From contig NC_043010.1 in NCBI RefSeq assembly GCF_006345805.1, positions 44,268,001-44,332,000 of the forward strand: 64,000 nucleotides of DNA. Direction: 5' to 3'. Position 1 is the stretch's first letter. Each line of letters begins with the position of its first letter. Below the pieces are notes generated by a model that saw only the letters and a program-made list of their open reading frames with translations, was not told the DNA's origin and did not search any database. The position numbers and the translations under genes were made by a program. Shown piece after piece: positions 37,611-51,385 of the stretch. The DNA is from Octopus sinensis. Its lineage: Eukaryota.

Positions 37611-38116
37611 TTATTGTTGACTATTGTCCTGCTTTAAACCCCAGGATAACCCTGATCTTAACCAACTTATGGGTCAAAGATATTACAATGGTGATAACTT
37701 GGTCTTCTCTCCTAACACAGTATAATCAGGACCACATTATCCAATATATGCTTCTTTTCAGACAGTAGGTATGGTTTGAGGGAGATTTGCTAAATATTCT
37801 TAGCAAGTCATGCAAACGCATAAATGTTAGCTTATATTATTTTTAGTGTTGCAGACTGGTCGTTAAAAATCACCATGCAATGCTATGCAAATTAACATTG
37901 ATAAATTTAGAAGCCAAAAATAGGTTTCCATTCCACCCCACACATGTAATATAAATAGAGATATTACAGGTGTAAAAGTATTTCATTAGCAACATATTTA
38001 CACTTATGTATCAAAATACCTTGGCATTACAAGCAGGGAACGTCAGCCTCTATACAAAGATCAATCAGCTGATATCTTCTTTTAATTAGTAGTTTAATTA
38101 GTGTTGGAGAGATAAC

Positions 38117-38412
38117 AACTGGCACTCTATCAATTACAACAATGAGGGTTCCGGTTGATCCAATCAATGGAACAGCCTGCTTGTGAAATTAACATGCAAG
38201 TGGCTGAGCACTCCATAAAAATGAGTACTCTTCATGTAGTACTTGTACTTCAAAGCTGGTTCTTTGAAATACAGGTACTATTCTTTTTGTCAGCTGAGTG
38301 GACTGAGGCAACATGAAATAAGGTGCCTTGCTCAAGGATACAACATGCTGCTGGGAATTGAAGTCATGAACTTATGATCTTGGGCCCAATTCCCTAACAA
38401 TTAAACCAGCGC
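38117..38412 (-). mobile_element. SINE family D
   Basis: homologous to 10238-10560. Confidence 0.75.
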
Positions 38413-39557
38413 CTTCACTGGAGAGATAGCTGAGCAGGTCACAGCTAATGTAACAGGAATATCATTCCAAATTTAAAATTCACAAACAAAATAATGTCAA
38501 TATAGTTGATTCTTGAATGCTTGTAAAGTAAGAGAGAAGGCAAAAGCCAGAAAAAAAGTCCAGAACAAGTTATAGCTAGAATAAATATAATTAGCCTCAT
38601 GCAGGAATAACTACTGAAATCCATATGGAAAAGAAACAAATTGAAACCCTTTAAAATGATATTTTCATTATTTTCACCAGGAGAAAAATTAAGGATAAAC
38701 ATCTTAAGCAGCCTTCTTAAAATACAAGTGTGAAGGATGTAAAAATATCTGATATGGTAAACCTCTGGAGATTAATTTTAATAACTTAGCTTCCTTTTTC
38801 TAGGGAATTGCTAATGTGAACATATGCGAATACAAATAAATTAGCAGATAAAAATTTTGGATAAATCAGACATGTAATCATGGTGTACTTGAATTAAATT
38901 ATCAAAAAATGTACAGCTACCAACACTGATAATAGATAACATGTTACAGTGTAACAGATACTTGTAGAGATGAGAACAAACTGTTTGCAAATGTTTTACA
39001 ATTTCAAACAATAGTAACACATTTCTCACATATTAAATTACTGTTTTTGCCGCAACAAGAAAATAAATGATAAATGTTATTAATACATGAAAAATAAATT
39101 TCAGATAAACGTAAAACATTTTTTTTAAAGAGATGATAGGAAATGTCTGTAAGGGAAGTTGTAACTATTGAGTAACGTCTTTGAGAAAATGGAATGTATT
39201 TTTGGAATAATCAATTATGTGGAAAAAAGGCGAAAATAACCAATTTCCAAAAGAAAATTAGTAACTAGTGATTAATTACATTCAGGCTTCCTATCAACTG
39301 ACTGTACACACACACACACAGGACCTACTGACTACAGTAGGTCCTCTGTAACTAACTAGGCCAAACCATTAACAAAACATTTTTGCTGTAATCCCTAGCT
39401 TCAATCTTCCAAACTGAAAATAATCACCACACCCAATCTATAGATACACTACTGGTAGGTAGTATGAAAGTAAACTACCAGTTAAAATATTTACTTGATG
39501 AACCAGTGGAGGGACTGCGTATATCACTTAACTTGTGAGAAATAGCAGTCAAAGTAA

Positions 39558-39785
39558 TTGACCTCTTAACATTCAGATTACTCCCTCAAATGTAAAGCTT
39601 ATTTACTCACATTGTTTTGAATTAATCATGCATTATCTCATAGCTTTGAGATTTCAATATTGTGATTGTTTATTTTTAGAATGGCATTGTAGAATAGGTA
39701 TGAGAGGCCAGATTTGACCAGTTTGAACATAAAACAGGTAGAATATTTGGGGCCAGATATGGTCAATTTAAATACTAAGGGTCAA
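39558..39785. mobile_element. piggyBac-like MITE
   Basis: degenerate termini ttgacctcttaacatt / aatactaagggtcaa; body shared with three other copies. Confidence 0.6.
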
Positions 39786-40385
39786 TGATAAGAAGGACAT
39801 GACATTCTGTAGAGGCAAATATATAAAGTCTATAAACATTAGAAATTTGTACTTTCTAATTCTACAGTTCTATATCAGAAATAATAAAGCATTATTACCA
39901 ACATAATTACAAAAAGAAAACAAAAAAACAAAAACAAACTACTATATTCCAAATGCTACAATATACCATAAATGTATTCAACATCTTACCAGCTGATCCT
40001 AAACTAGCTTTAAAGAACACCCAACAGTCAAACGTAAATGAGAAGGTTGCCATATGTTCTATTTTTATTTGAACTTCCTTTCAGCATCACATATAAATTA
40101 CTTCTTAATTGATGTATCAATAAGGATGTATTTTATGCTCGTACACAGTTTTACACTGTTTTTAGATATATGTAAATGCAACATATGTCAATGTACTATA
40201 TAAAGTGTTTCAGCAGCAGGTGTGCAATAATTTTCATCAGTCATTCTTTTAAGTCTGTCTTCAAGTTGGTTTAAATTTGGGAAAGTATACTATTGCTTCA
40301 TCTTAAGAGATAGGAGTATGTACACACACATGTCCAGACATACACATATGCCATATATGTATGTGTGGATGTATGCATGCATGTA

Positions 40386-41651
40386 TCAGGCTGAGTAAAA
40401 AGTAAGCAACATCTTGAAACATGAAATTCATCACAATATATTTCAACAATGCAGAAACTTTTATTCATCAAAGTAAGTACCATTACAATGAACACATTTT
40501 TGCCAATGAGTTACAAGTTTGTTTATTCTTGTAACATAAAAATCTGGAGTTCTGGAGCTGTTGAACTCTTAGAATGCACTTTCAGCATTGGTTTGGTTTT
40601 TTTTAAACTCCTTCTCTTGCAGGAAATCATCAAGGTGCTTCAAAAAGTGGTAGCCAATAGGAGAAAGGTCTGGGGAATAAGCTGGGTGAGGAAGAACTTT
40701 GTAGCCAAGTTCCCTCAACTTCTGGAACATTATTAATGAAATGTGCAGTTGGGCATTGTCATGAAGAATGATTGGCCTTCTTCTGTTGACCAGTCTGGGA
40801 TGGAGGAGTAGCAGATTTTCGTACATTTTGGCAATTTCATGGCACTATGTTTCTGCAGTAATAGTTTTGCCAGGTTTTAAGAAGTTATAGTGGATGAGTC
40901 CAGCAGTACACCTCTAATCAGTCACCATAACCCGCTTTTTGAAGAGCTTGAGTCTAGAGAAGGTTTTCGGCACTTCATTTTAGTCCAACCACTGTGAAGA
41001 ATGTTTTTTATTATTGTACAGAATCCACTTTTCATCACGAGTTACAATACAGTCAAGAAATGGATTGGTCTGGTTACAGAGAAGTGACAAACAAATTTCA
41101 TATCTGTACATTTTCTGATTTTCATTCAAATCATGTGGTACCCATTTGTTGAACTTTTTGATTTTATGATCACATGCAAATGGTTGCAGGCAGTTTTCTG
41201 GCTAACTTGAAGTTCTTTTGCCAGTTCTTCAGAGGTTTTACATGGATCTTTTTCAATGGCAGTCTTTAATTGACCGTTATTGATAACAGATGGGTGTCCA
41301 CTACGCTCATGATCTTCAAGGCTCAGGTCTCCACTGCGAAATCATTTAAACCATTTTTGAGCTGACCACTCACATTTCCTCACCAAACGTATCATTGATA
41401 TTGCTTTACGTCCTTTTTTGAAAGTTGAATAGCAAAATTGCTCAAATATCATGCTTTGGCAGTTCCATTTCAGATTATTGTAACAACAGTGAAAAAAAAA
41501 TCAATGTTAATTTATTGATGCATTTGAGCAAGTCTATGTCTGTATTATAAGACAATTGCAAAAAAGTATTTAAAAGAAATTAAAAACTCTGCAAAAATCT
41601 GATACAAAGTCTTCATGGTTCAAAACATTGCTTACTTTTTACTCAACTTGA
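40386..41651 (-). mobile_element. full-length decayed mariner transposon (~1.27 kb)
   Basis: TIRs tcaggctgagtaaaaagtaagcaa / ttgcttactttttactcaacttga (2 mismatches), TA on both sides, internal transposase. Confidence 0.95.
40461..41468 (-). pseudogene. mariner DD34D-type transposase pseudogene
   Basis: MELPKHDI*..., WVPHDL, IVTRDEKWILYNN, HDNAQLH, YSPDLSPIGYHF, WQKCVHCNGTYFDE*; several stops and frameshifts. Confidence 0.93.
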
Positions 41652-41859
41652 TATGTATTCATACATTATTCATAATATAAGACATTATAAGTACAAAATT
41701 GTAGTTACTGCGGAAGTGATAGAGACATAATTTGAGTCCTCTCAGTAGGTCTCTTGCTAATTTTCTGTCCCAAATTGATGTTTATAAAGTTTTATATTAT
41801 ATGTATTAACATCTTAGAAGTAGAAGTTTTGTTTTATAACCACAAGGTTTTAGATTTGT

Positions 41860-41945
41860 TTAAGATCGGCTGTCTGTGGGAATTCTTGCATGCTGACGAC
41901 CTAGTTCTCACGGCCAAATCAGAAACAGATTTAGAGGCAGAAGAA
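41860..41945 (+). pseudogene. small RTE RT fragment
   Basis: KIGCLWEFLHADDLVLTAKSETDLE, homologous to GYPWELLYADDLALIAESLSELE. Confidence 0.7.
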
Positions 41946-42593
41946 GCCTGCAGAAGAAGATACTGGACCCCACAAAAGGAGGATGACTAGGATGACTGCT
42001 GTGCAGGAGCAGACTTTTCCAACTCATGCCAGTATGGAAAAACAGATATAAAATAATCAAGATAGTAATATATACCTACACAAAGAAATATATATGCACA
42101 TACACACACACATGTGCTGCCACTACTAACACCACCATCATCATCATCCTACTTTTACACTCATTTTTCCAAGCTTGCATCAATTTTTCTCTCATGCCTT
42201 CCTTTTCTGCTGGTTCCTTCTTCTTGGATTGTTTAGCACTTTTTTTTTTATCCATCTTTCATTCTCCATACACATATACTCAGTCTTCTCTCCTGCACAC
42301 TACATCCGATTCCTTTTATATCCAGTTTTTCTCTCAGCTCATTTGTGCTTCATCATTCATGTACATTAATTACACATTCAATGTAGCATGGTTATCTCAT
42401 TCCTTTGCAACTTTCACATATCCTACACATTCAATGACTTTCTTTTGCTACCATACAACACTACTCTTCTTATTCAAGTATTATACTGTGTAACACCTCA
42501 AGATGGTGTTTTCTACTATAGCTTAGAAAATGAAATTTGGTAGATAGTAACGATACAGAAATTTGTTGAGTATGCATGTGCATATATATATAT

Positions 42594-42895
42594 CACTGTG
42601 ACTGACCAGGCTATCAGATATTGCTACACATCGCTGGTCACAATGCGCTTCACATTGTTTTAGCCTTCAAATGACGCCACCCTGCTGGCTAAGCGAGCAG
42701 GCCAACAGAAGAAAGAGTGAGAGAAATTCTTGGCGAAAGAGTACAGCAGGGATCGCCACCACCCCCTGCTGGAGCCTCGTGGAGCTTCAGGCGTATTCAC
42801 TCAATAAACACTCACAATGCCCGGTCTGGGAATCGAAACCGCGATCCTACAACCGCGAGTCCGCTGCCCTAACCACTGGGCCATTGCGCCTCCAC
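42594..42895 (-). mobile_element. young tRNA-derived SINE with near-intact Pol III boxes
   Basis: A box TGGCCCAGTGG (42883-42873), B box GGTTTCGATTCC (42840-42829); CpG retained; acceptor stem cannot close. Confidence 0.8.
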
Positions 42896-43039
42896 ATATA
42901 TATATATATATATGTTTACTGCCATGTGTGTTGATACAACACAGGAACAGCGACATTTGTTTATATCCTGCAGCTTAATCAGTTGACATGCAAAGAACAA
43001 TGAAATAATGTACCTCATGAAAAGTAAGATAGAAATCAA

Positions 43040-43790
43040 GAAGAGCATCTAGCCATTGAATACTATCTCAAGAAGTGCCATCCATTTCAAGTCAGGCATT
43101 ATACTGATGATGTTGATCTAATTGCAATCTGCTCCTGTGCATCTGTTATACATAAAGTCCTTCTCCATCAACCTGCCTTGTGACCCCACTGCACCCTTGC
43201 ATACCCATACTTTACAATTGGTACACCATATAGATTTCCTATCAACTATTTTTGTATATCAAGCATGGCCACTTCCAACATAACTATATCATCCTGTCTT
43301 ATTTCCAAACTAAGGCGCAAGGCTCAGTGCTTAGAGTGTCAAGCTTACAATCGTGAGGTTGTGAGCTCAAATCCCAGACTGGGCTACATGTTGTGTTCTT
43401 GTGCAAGACACTTTATTTCACGTTGCTTCAGTTCACTCAGCTGTAGAAATGAGTTGCGACATCACAAGTGCCAAGCCGTATCGGCTGTTGCCTTTCCCTT
43501 CAATAACACTGGTGGCGTGGAGAGGGGAGGCTGGTATGCATGGGCAACTGCTGGTCTTCCATAAACAACCTTGCCTGGACTTGTGCCTGGGAGCGTAACC
43601 TTCTAGGTGCAATCCCATGGTCAGAGTCGTGACCGAAGGGGGTCTCAGAATTTCGTAACTAGAACTGTTGTCTTTGCTAGGTCTTCTTTATGACCTCTTA
43701 ATTCTAGGTTTTGCTTCCACATTTGGAATTTCTTCACCAATTTCTTTAACAGCTATGAGCACTAATTCATCAGCAGTTTAAGGAATGGCT
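43040..43790 (-). mobile_element. old RTE RT fragment split by a SINE
   Basis: ADELVLIA..KKFQMWKQNLELRGHKEDLAKTTVL (43790-43655) and SIWCTNCKVWV...RCTGA (43255-43040). Confidence 0.75.
43312..43648 (+). mobile_element. tRNA-derived SINE nested in the RTE fragment
   Basis: head ggcgcaaggctcagtgcttagagtgtc...gagctcaaatccc; shares gcaagacactttatttcacgttgc with family D. Confidence 0.75.
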
Positions 43791-43948
43791 GTTCCTATAA
43801 ACAACAACCTGCATGCTAAATCACACCTCGCTGACAATATCTCTGTAATATGACTTACATCATTATTTCTCAGGAGTATGGATGAAGATTGAAAATGAGG
43901 CAGGCAAATTGTCATATTAAATGAAATTAAAAAGAAGTTTCTATCTTT

Positions 43949-44180
43949 TTAACGCTTTAGCATTTAAACCAGCCATATCTGGCCTAAACACTCTATCTAG
44001 TTTATGTTCAGACCAGCCATAACTAGCCTTTCACATCTTCCCTACAAATGTCATTCTAAAACATAAACAATTACACCATTGAAGTTCTTGATGCTACAAG
44101 ATAATGCAGGATTAATTTAAAAACAATGTGAATAAACAAGCATTACATTTGACAGAAAAATGTGAATGCTAAAGTATTAA
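43949..44180. mobile_element. piggyBac-like MITE
   Basis: termini ttaacgctttagcatt / aatgctaaagtattaa. Confidence 0.65.
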
Positions 44181-44275
44181 ACTTATCAAACACTTTGATG
44201 AAGAAAGAAGAATTATACAGATGCAAAATCTATTAAGTCATCTCATTAATAGAGGGAAGGATGTAAAAAAAAAAG

Positions 44276-44660
44276 TGCTGTGTGGTAAGAAACTTGTTTC
44301 CCAACCACATGGTTCTAGGTTCAGTCCCACTGTGTGGCACCTTGGGCAAGTGCCTTCTACTAAAGCCTCGAGCAGACCAAAGCCTTGTGAGTAGATTTGG
44401 TAGATGGAAACTGAAAGAAGCCTATCATGTATATGTGTGTGTGTGTCTGTGCTCATACCCCACCACTACCTGATAAGTAGTGTTGGTGTGTTTACAATCC
44501 TGTAACTTAGTGGTTTGGCAAAAGTGACAGATAGAATAAGTACAAGGCTTAAAAAAAAAAGAAAAGAAAAAAGACTGGGGTTGATTCATTTAACTAAAAA
44601 ATTCTTCAAAGTGTTGCCCCAGCATGGCCACAGTCTAATGAAACAAGTAAAAGATAACAG
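44276..44660 (+). mobile_element. SINE family A
   Basis: full head, body and tail homologous to 933-1250. Confidence 0.85.
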
Positions 44661-44930
44661 ATAATATATTTCAAGGGGAGGGGCTGGTGTTTGTCAGTAT
44701 GAGAATCATTAGCTTACATGACTCTAACAAGCCATTCATCTGAACCTAGTTTACTTAGTGTCACAGCATTTCAAAGTGTGGTACCCAGCTAAAAGCCATC
44801 TCCAGATCAATGTGGCTACCTCTTAGCTAAGAAACTTTCTTGTATGTTATCTCACTATGAAGAATGCATCAGTGGTATGAACATGCAAGTATAAATATAT
44901 GTATACATACAGAAACACACACACTCATAT

Positions 44931-45135
44931 GAGGGAGGGTACTGAAAGGTTCCTGGCTTTAGGTAAAAGAAAACACAGGAAGATCAGTTATGATTTTATT
45001 AAACATACTCCTGTCTCAGATTCACACACTTATTGTAGTTGTCCTTCAGTTTTTCTAGGCCCTGTAAAAAAAAAAACTCAGAAGGTTGGGCCTCCAACAA
45101 GGCCTTAAAGCAAGGAACTTTTCAGCACCCATTTA
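44931..45135. mobile_element. ~200-bp mariner-like MITE
   Basis: inverted termini gggtactgaaaggttcctggcttt / aaagcaaggaacttttcagcaccc. Confidence 0.7.
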
Positions 45136-46136
45136 TGCATACAAGGAAAATAGAAATAGAGTGCGTAAGTTTCTTTATTTCTTTAAACTCCAAGGTTTTC
45201 AGACAACAAATACTATTCTGCTCCAGATGTTGAGTGAGATATAAATAGATCTGTTCCAGTTCATAATCTGAGCCCCACCCTCGCAATTTCACCTCTACTC
45301 TGCCATAGCAGTTTGGATGCCAGACTGGCACTCCCTTTTTGTTGTTAATGCTTTAATGGTCTGAACACCATGCCAGCCTCCACCGTCACCTTAGAAAAGT
45401 CTTAGTTGGCCTAAATGTCAGTCAATGGTTTACATTTTCTGAAGCTGTTTTATATAATACAATGACAAGGAAAAGTAAGACACAGCTGTCAGGAGTGCAG
45501 GGAGGAAAAGACCAAGTCTCCAAAAGGTAACAAATATAGGATTACTGTATCATTTTTACCAGTGTGAACTAAAACTACTACACAATTTTAAAAATGTGTG
45601 TTGTTTTTGTTAGTATTAACTTAAGCAGACCTATGATCAAAGACATTCTATGACAAGGCTCTCTGTATTTAAGGTAATAAGACATAATTTGAGGAGATTT
45701 GGCTTCTATTTCTAGCAGTTAAAAAGCAGCTGTATAGAGAATCCACTAGTTGGCTCATGTTGTTTAGTCTCAGATTAGCTTTGATTAATAAAGGGATATA
45801 CTGCTCATGACTCTGACAGGCCCTCCAAGTCTGGTGAAATTGATACAATTCATGTTCACTTAGAACATTAGTAAGTCAATATCTGCTGGAAAAACATGAT
45901 AGGGAGGGGAGTTAACTTTCTGGGTAGCATGTGTTTTGGAGTCAGTCTGTAGTATGTTAGCAAGTGAATCTTCACCAATCAATCAGATGTAGTCCAGAAT
46001 ATTTATGTATGTACTAGCAGTGGCATTCCTGGTAAGGGAGCAGTATTCAATTGTGGATCTTAATTGAGCTTTAGAGTCAGCAGGGGATCAGAATTGAAAT
46101 ATTTTTGGCATACTGACACAAGTGTTCCTTGCTGAT

Positions 46137-46796
46137 TTTGTTTCCTCATGACTTCCAGAAAAATGCATATTTTTTAATGATATTTGCAACAAATATGCTT
46201 CAGATGGTGCAAATTCAGATTATATTGGAATTTGTTTTGAAAATTTATTCTGTGAGTGTAGAGAAAAGTTTTGGAAAATTCTCCCAAGTTGGTTTTGTTT
46301 CTTCATAACTCTCAGGAAAATTGATATTCTTTGATGAAATTTTCTACAGATACCTTTCAGAGTATATAGATTATAATTATACTGCACTTTAATATTAATT
46401 CCAATTATATTGGACTTTAATAAAAATGGTAGGCTCGCACACATACATACCGACACACATCACATTTATCTACAAAATGAAACTTGAAATTTGAAAAAAA
46501 AATTGTAATGTGCATTAGTATGTATGTGTGCGTGCTAACCATTTTCCTTTTGACATCAAATTCTGAAAGGTATATGTAGAAAATTTTAATTTTAAAATAC
46601 CCATTTTTTTCAGAAAGTTATAAAGAAACAAAGCCAGCTTGTGTGAATTTTCTGAAACTCCTCTCCCCGTTCCTTGGAAAAATTTCTTCACAACAAATTC
46701 TGATACCATCGGAATCTACACCATTTCATTTGAAGAATATTTGCAGATAATTTCATTAAAAAATATCAACTTTTTTGGAAGCTGTGACCAAACAAA
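46137..46796. mobile_element. old element with ~115-bp degenerate inverted termini
   Basis: 46137-46250 roughly matches the reverse complement of 46680-46796 (about 70% by eye). Confidence 0.45.
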
Positions 46797-49029
46797 GTCA
46801 AGATTGCGGTATGTGGAGGCACACTTGCATAGGTATGCCATATTTTCTACTCTACTTTGGATCTAGCTAATGTACCTTATTCTCAACAGATCCTTTATGC
46901 TAACTTCCCCACCAACATTCTATGTAGAGCAATTCAAAACAAACATTCCTTGTGTCTACTGACAACCTTTAGGGCCTTCTGAAAGGTTCACAACCATATA
47001 ACCCTGGTCCTTTTCCTTCCTTCTGTTGAAGTTCTTCTCAATACTGTTTTTGAATAACAATGACCTGGGGCTGTAGCAGGATGTGACCAGCCTCTAAGAT
47101 TCTTTGTTCCTTTGCCATGTCTTGTAATCTTCTTGATGATGTTTATCTTAACAGTTCTTGATTTTTGATATAGTCATGGTATGAAGTGATCAAGATTTTG
47201 GACAAAAGCTGAAAATCCTATTTGTAAGTGATTCTATTGATTCAATCAACTGCATATTTGTTCCTATAATTACAAAGTTTGGCTCAAGTGAGTGAAATTG
47301 GGCAGATGGAAACAGTATAGAAAACCATCAGGTGGACATAATTCTAGGGTGGTAGATTTAATCTATTACCTGGTTTAAAACTATGAATGGGTTCTTCAAT
47401 GTTTTTAGCTGAATCTAGTCAGTTGCAAACATTTGAACCAAGTTTCCAATGTGAAGATAATCCATGAAAGTGGGTGTTTTTCTCCCCTCCCCTACCAGTC
47501 ACAGATGCCTTGTAAATCATGAACCTAACTAAGCCATGGAAAACAAAATAGAAATAAAAAGTAGAATAAACTTGTGTATAATTAAATGAGTTCATTATTC
47601 TTAATGTTATTAATATTACACCTATCATTATTGTTATCACATCATTATCAGTGCTAAAATTTTTGCTTAAGACACGACATGGCAGAGGTAAAACATTAAA
47701 AATGGTTCTAAACTCTCTTTTATACTGAAAAAATTCTAGATAAAGCAACCTTTTTGGAATCAGGTAAAATAAGGAATCAGTCAAGTATTAAGATCAATGG
47801 CATTGACTGACTCCCACCCAACTCCACTCAAAATAGCTGGCCTTGTACCTAAATGTGAAATCATCATTGTCAACATGGTCATCATTATCTTCATATTAAA
47901 CAGTATTTCTCATTTAGTGTCACTTGTTATAAAAGAATATAGGAAACTGACTGATAACAAGACATTAATAAAAAAGCCAAAACAAAAAAATCAATATCAG
48001 ATGGGAAAGAACTAGTATCATAATGACATATTATCCAGGCTGTACTACAAAAACATCTGTATACAATTTCTGTAAAAACACGTACTGTCATTTAAACATA
48101 TTGCCCTTATTTTGCAAAGTAATGATCAGGTTTACCTTACATTGTTCGGCTAACCTCATTTTAATTTCTACACTATGCCATTGACATATGATGTACACAC
48201 ATATTTATTTACATTTGAATTGCAAAACTAAATAGAGAAGATATAGATAAGACAAAAAGCAAGCACAGCTGTGAAGTTCAGGAGGATGGGGGATCATTTA
48301 ATCCTATTTTGTCTTTATCCATATGTAGTTAAAAAACAAATTATGATTTATGGTTATATTAAATTTATAATTACACTGTGTAACAAAATTCTTTTTTTTT
48401 TTGTCTTTGGTCAGTAAGTGTTATTTCCTATTTGCTTCTATCTAGAAACCAAAGGAGATGACTACTATTCCCTTCAAACTTTGCTTTTGTGACCTGGACA
48501 TCAATGTTTTGAAACTGACCTATTTTCCATTTCATTTCAAACAGACTCAGCGCTGAGTTGCTGAAACAGAAATATCATTACAACAAATATTCTGCTCAAT
48601 ACTACAGATATGCTTGTCAGTTGCTTGACCTTAACTGTTTGAGAATGTCCCTAAGTGGCTGATAATATGTAGATCTCTGATGTAGCCATGTTGAAAGGGA
48701 TTCTTTGGGGGTTTGAATAAATATCATAACAAAAGCAAAGTTTGAAGGAAATATTAGCCATTTTTCATACTTTCAAGGGGTAAGCAAATAGGAAATAATA
48801 GCTGCTACCCAAGAACAAAAATCTGGTAACACAGTGTTATGAAATAATGAAATGAATTTTTGTATTCTTACACTTTAATACACTTCTATACTCTTGGCCT
48901 TTCATCCTTCTTTGGATGATTATAAAATACCACTCAAAGTCAAGTATGGAAGTTACTTTAATTTGTTAACTCTTACAATTTTGGAGTCTTGTGTCCCTTT
49001 CTTAGAAACAATTATTTATATTAAAATTA

Positions 49030-49500
49030 TCAGAAAGGTGGTAAGCCGACAGAATTGTTAGCATACCAGGCAAAATGACACTTGGCATTTTGTCTGCCAT
49101 TACATTCTGAGTTCAAATGCTGCCAAGGTTGACTTTGTCTTTCATCCCTTTCAGGGTCAATAAAATAAGTACCAGTTGAGGATAGGGGACGATGCAATCG
49201 ACTTACCCCTCCCCTGAAATTGCTGGCTTTGTGCCAAAATTTGAAACCAGTATTAAAATTGTTAGGAAGGCAGTGAGCTGGCAGAATTGTTAGCACAACA
49301 GGCAAAATATTTAGCAGCTTTTCATCTGTCTTTACGTTCTGAGTTCAAATTCCGCCAAGGTCAACTTTGCCTTTCATCCTTTCAGGGTTGGTCAATAAAT
49401 TAAGTACTAGTTGAACACTGGGGCAATGTTATTGACTTACCCACTCTCCTGAAATTGCTGGCCTTAGGCCAAAATTTGAAACCAATATTAAAATTGTTAG
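49030..49500 (+). mobile_element. head-to-tail pair of SINE family B copies
   Basis: two full units, both ending ccaaaatttgaaacca(g/a)tattaaaattgttag. Confidence 0.85.
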
Positions 49501-49511
49501 AAACAACTATT

Positions 49512-49940
49512 CATCATCATCATCATTGCTTTAACGTCCACTTTTCCATGCTTGCATGTGTCAGATAAAGTTTATTGAGGCAGATTTTCTATGGCATAGA
49601 TGCTCTTCTAGTTGCCAACCCTCACCTGTTTCCAAGTAAGGTAATATTTTCCCATGGTCAGATATGTTTTTGCAGAACACTGTAAATGAGCAGTGCTTCT
49701 TGTATGACAGTGGCACTACCCACATTATGTCAAGACAAGGAGACACAAGCATACACACCCATAAATATAGGTATACATTTCCACACACACACACCACAAG
49801 CTTCTCTCAGTTTCCATCTACCAAATCCACACAAAAACTTTGGATGGCCTGGGGCTACAGTAGAAGACACTTGTCCAAGATGCCATGCGATGGGACTGAA
49901 TCTAGCTTTCTATCAGGTTGGAAAGCTAGCTTCTTAACCT
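49512..49940 (-). mobile_element. SINE family C
   Basis: family-A-like head, RTE-like tail aagcatggaaaagtggacgttaaagcaatgatgatg on the minus strand. Confidence 0.75.
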
Positions 49941-49969
49941 AATAAATAATAATAATAATTATTATTATT

Positions 49970-50175
49970 AAGGTGGTGAGCTGGCAGACAAAATGCTTAA
50001 CAGTATTTCACCTGTCTACATTCTGAGTCCAAATTTTGTCAAGGTCTACATTGCCTTTCATGCTTTTGGGGTTGGTGAAACAAGTACCAATTGAGCACTG
50101 GGGCTGATGTAACCAACTATCCATCCCTTGCCAGTAAAATTTCAGACCTTGTGCCTATAGTAGAAAAGATTATTA
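49970..50175 (+). mobile_element. SINE family B
   Basis: family B body ending gtgcctatagtagaaaag(att)n. Confidence 0.75.
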
Positions 50176-51385
50176 TTATTATTATTTATGGGTTTTTCTT
50201 CTTCTTTCAAATTTGCTTCCATTTCTTGCCGAGTGTCTTCCCAACTCCTAGGGCAAAGAAACTCATAGTATACATTGGTAAGCCATTAAACTAAACTCAC
50301 TAGTTCGTTCTTTTTTTTTTGATAGGAATAAAGTTAAATTAAAATACATGGGTAGTAATAGTTCTCATATTGACAATGCTTTTCTCAATACGTGTGATGT
50401 ACCAGTTAAGACAATCTTTTGCACTTCTTGCAAAATAATATAATAATAATAATAATATATTATTATTATTAATAATAATAATGATAATAATAATAATAAT
50501 AATATAAGATATTAATATTGTGATATCATAAAACATTAATATAATATGATCTTATCATCATTATTAAATATTATCAAACGTAGAGTAAACAATTGTCAAG
50601 ATTAAAATTATGATGAGAACAGGGGATAAAAGATAAAACAGTAAATGTTTATCATGCACTATTCCACCCTCTGATACTGTTATTACACATGGAAAGTACA
50701 TGTACCTACTTTAACTGATTTTATTTGTTCATAATGTTTTATTTTCATCTAATGTTTTAAACAGGTCAGGTGTAAAATTTGAGGATACCCAACTGACTTA
50801 CATGAAAGTGTGCTGTGCTGGATAGTTTTTATTGATATTGCTGAGAAAGTAGAAGTTGGTAATATGTGAGTGATATAAAGCCAATGTGGATGTGTGTGGT
50901 TGAGTGTGTGCATAGAGAAGGCGATAGGGGGCAGAGTCCTGTTATAGTTCTGGGAGAAGTGGGACTGTAGAGGACTTGGATGAGTAATATGGATGGGTAA
51001 GTCATCAGGGAAGAGGTAAGATATAAAAAAAACAGGGGCAGATGGCAGGTTCAAAAGAACAGAGGCTATTATAGAACACAATAAATAACAATGGCTGTTA
51101 AATTATAATACGAGGAAGTGTATGGTAAATATTCATGTTCGAACTACACCAGTGAACTTTTGACAGAAAGGATAGCCAATCTACTACAACTCAAGCCATG
51201 GCATATATAATGCAAAATGAAATTGAAACAAATAAATGCAAAGTAAAACTGAAACAAATAAAAACATGGTAAACTCTTTTTAAGTAAAAAAGAAGAAACA
51301 TTAACTAAAATGCTAGAGGGAAATCAATGATAATTGCTTTTACACCAGAATAGATAATATTAAAAAAAGTGTTCTTTTAACTTTG

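Noticed and set aside
42820-42895. tRNA gene
   Set aside because: A and B boxes present but the acceptor stem does not pair and it continues into a SINE body
46900-47180. Minus-strand AGHILL segment
   Set aside because: Probably an ancient LINE C-terminus, but too decayed to support as a feature
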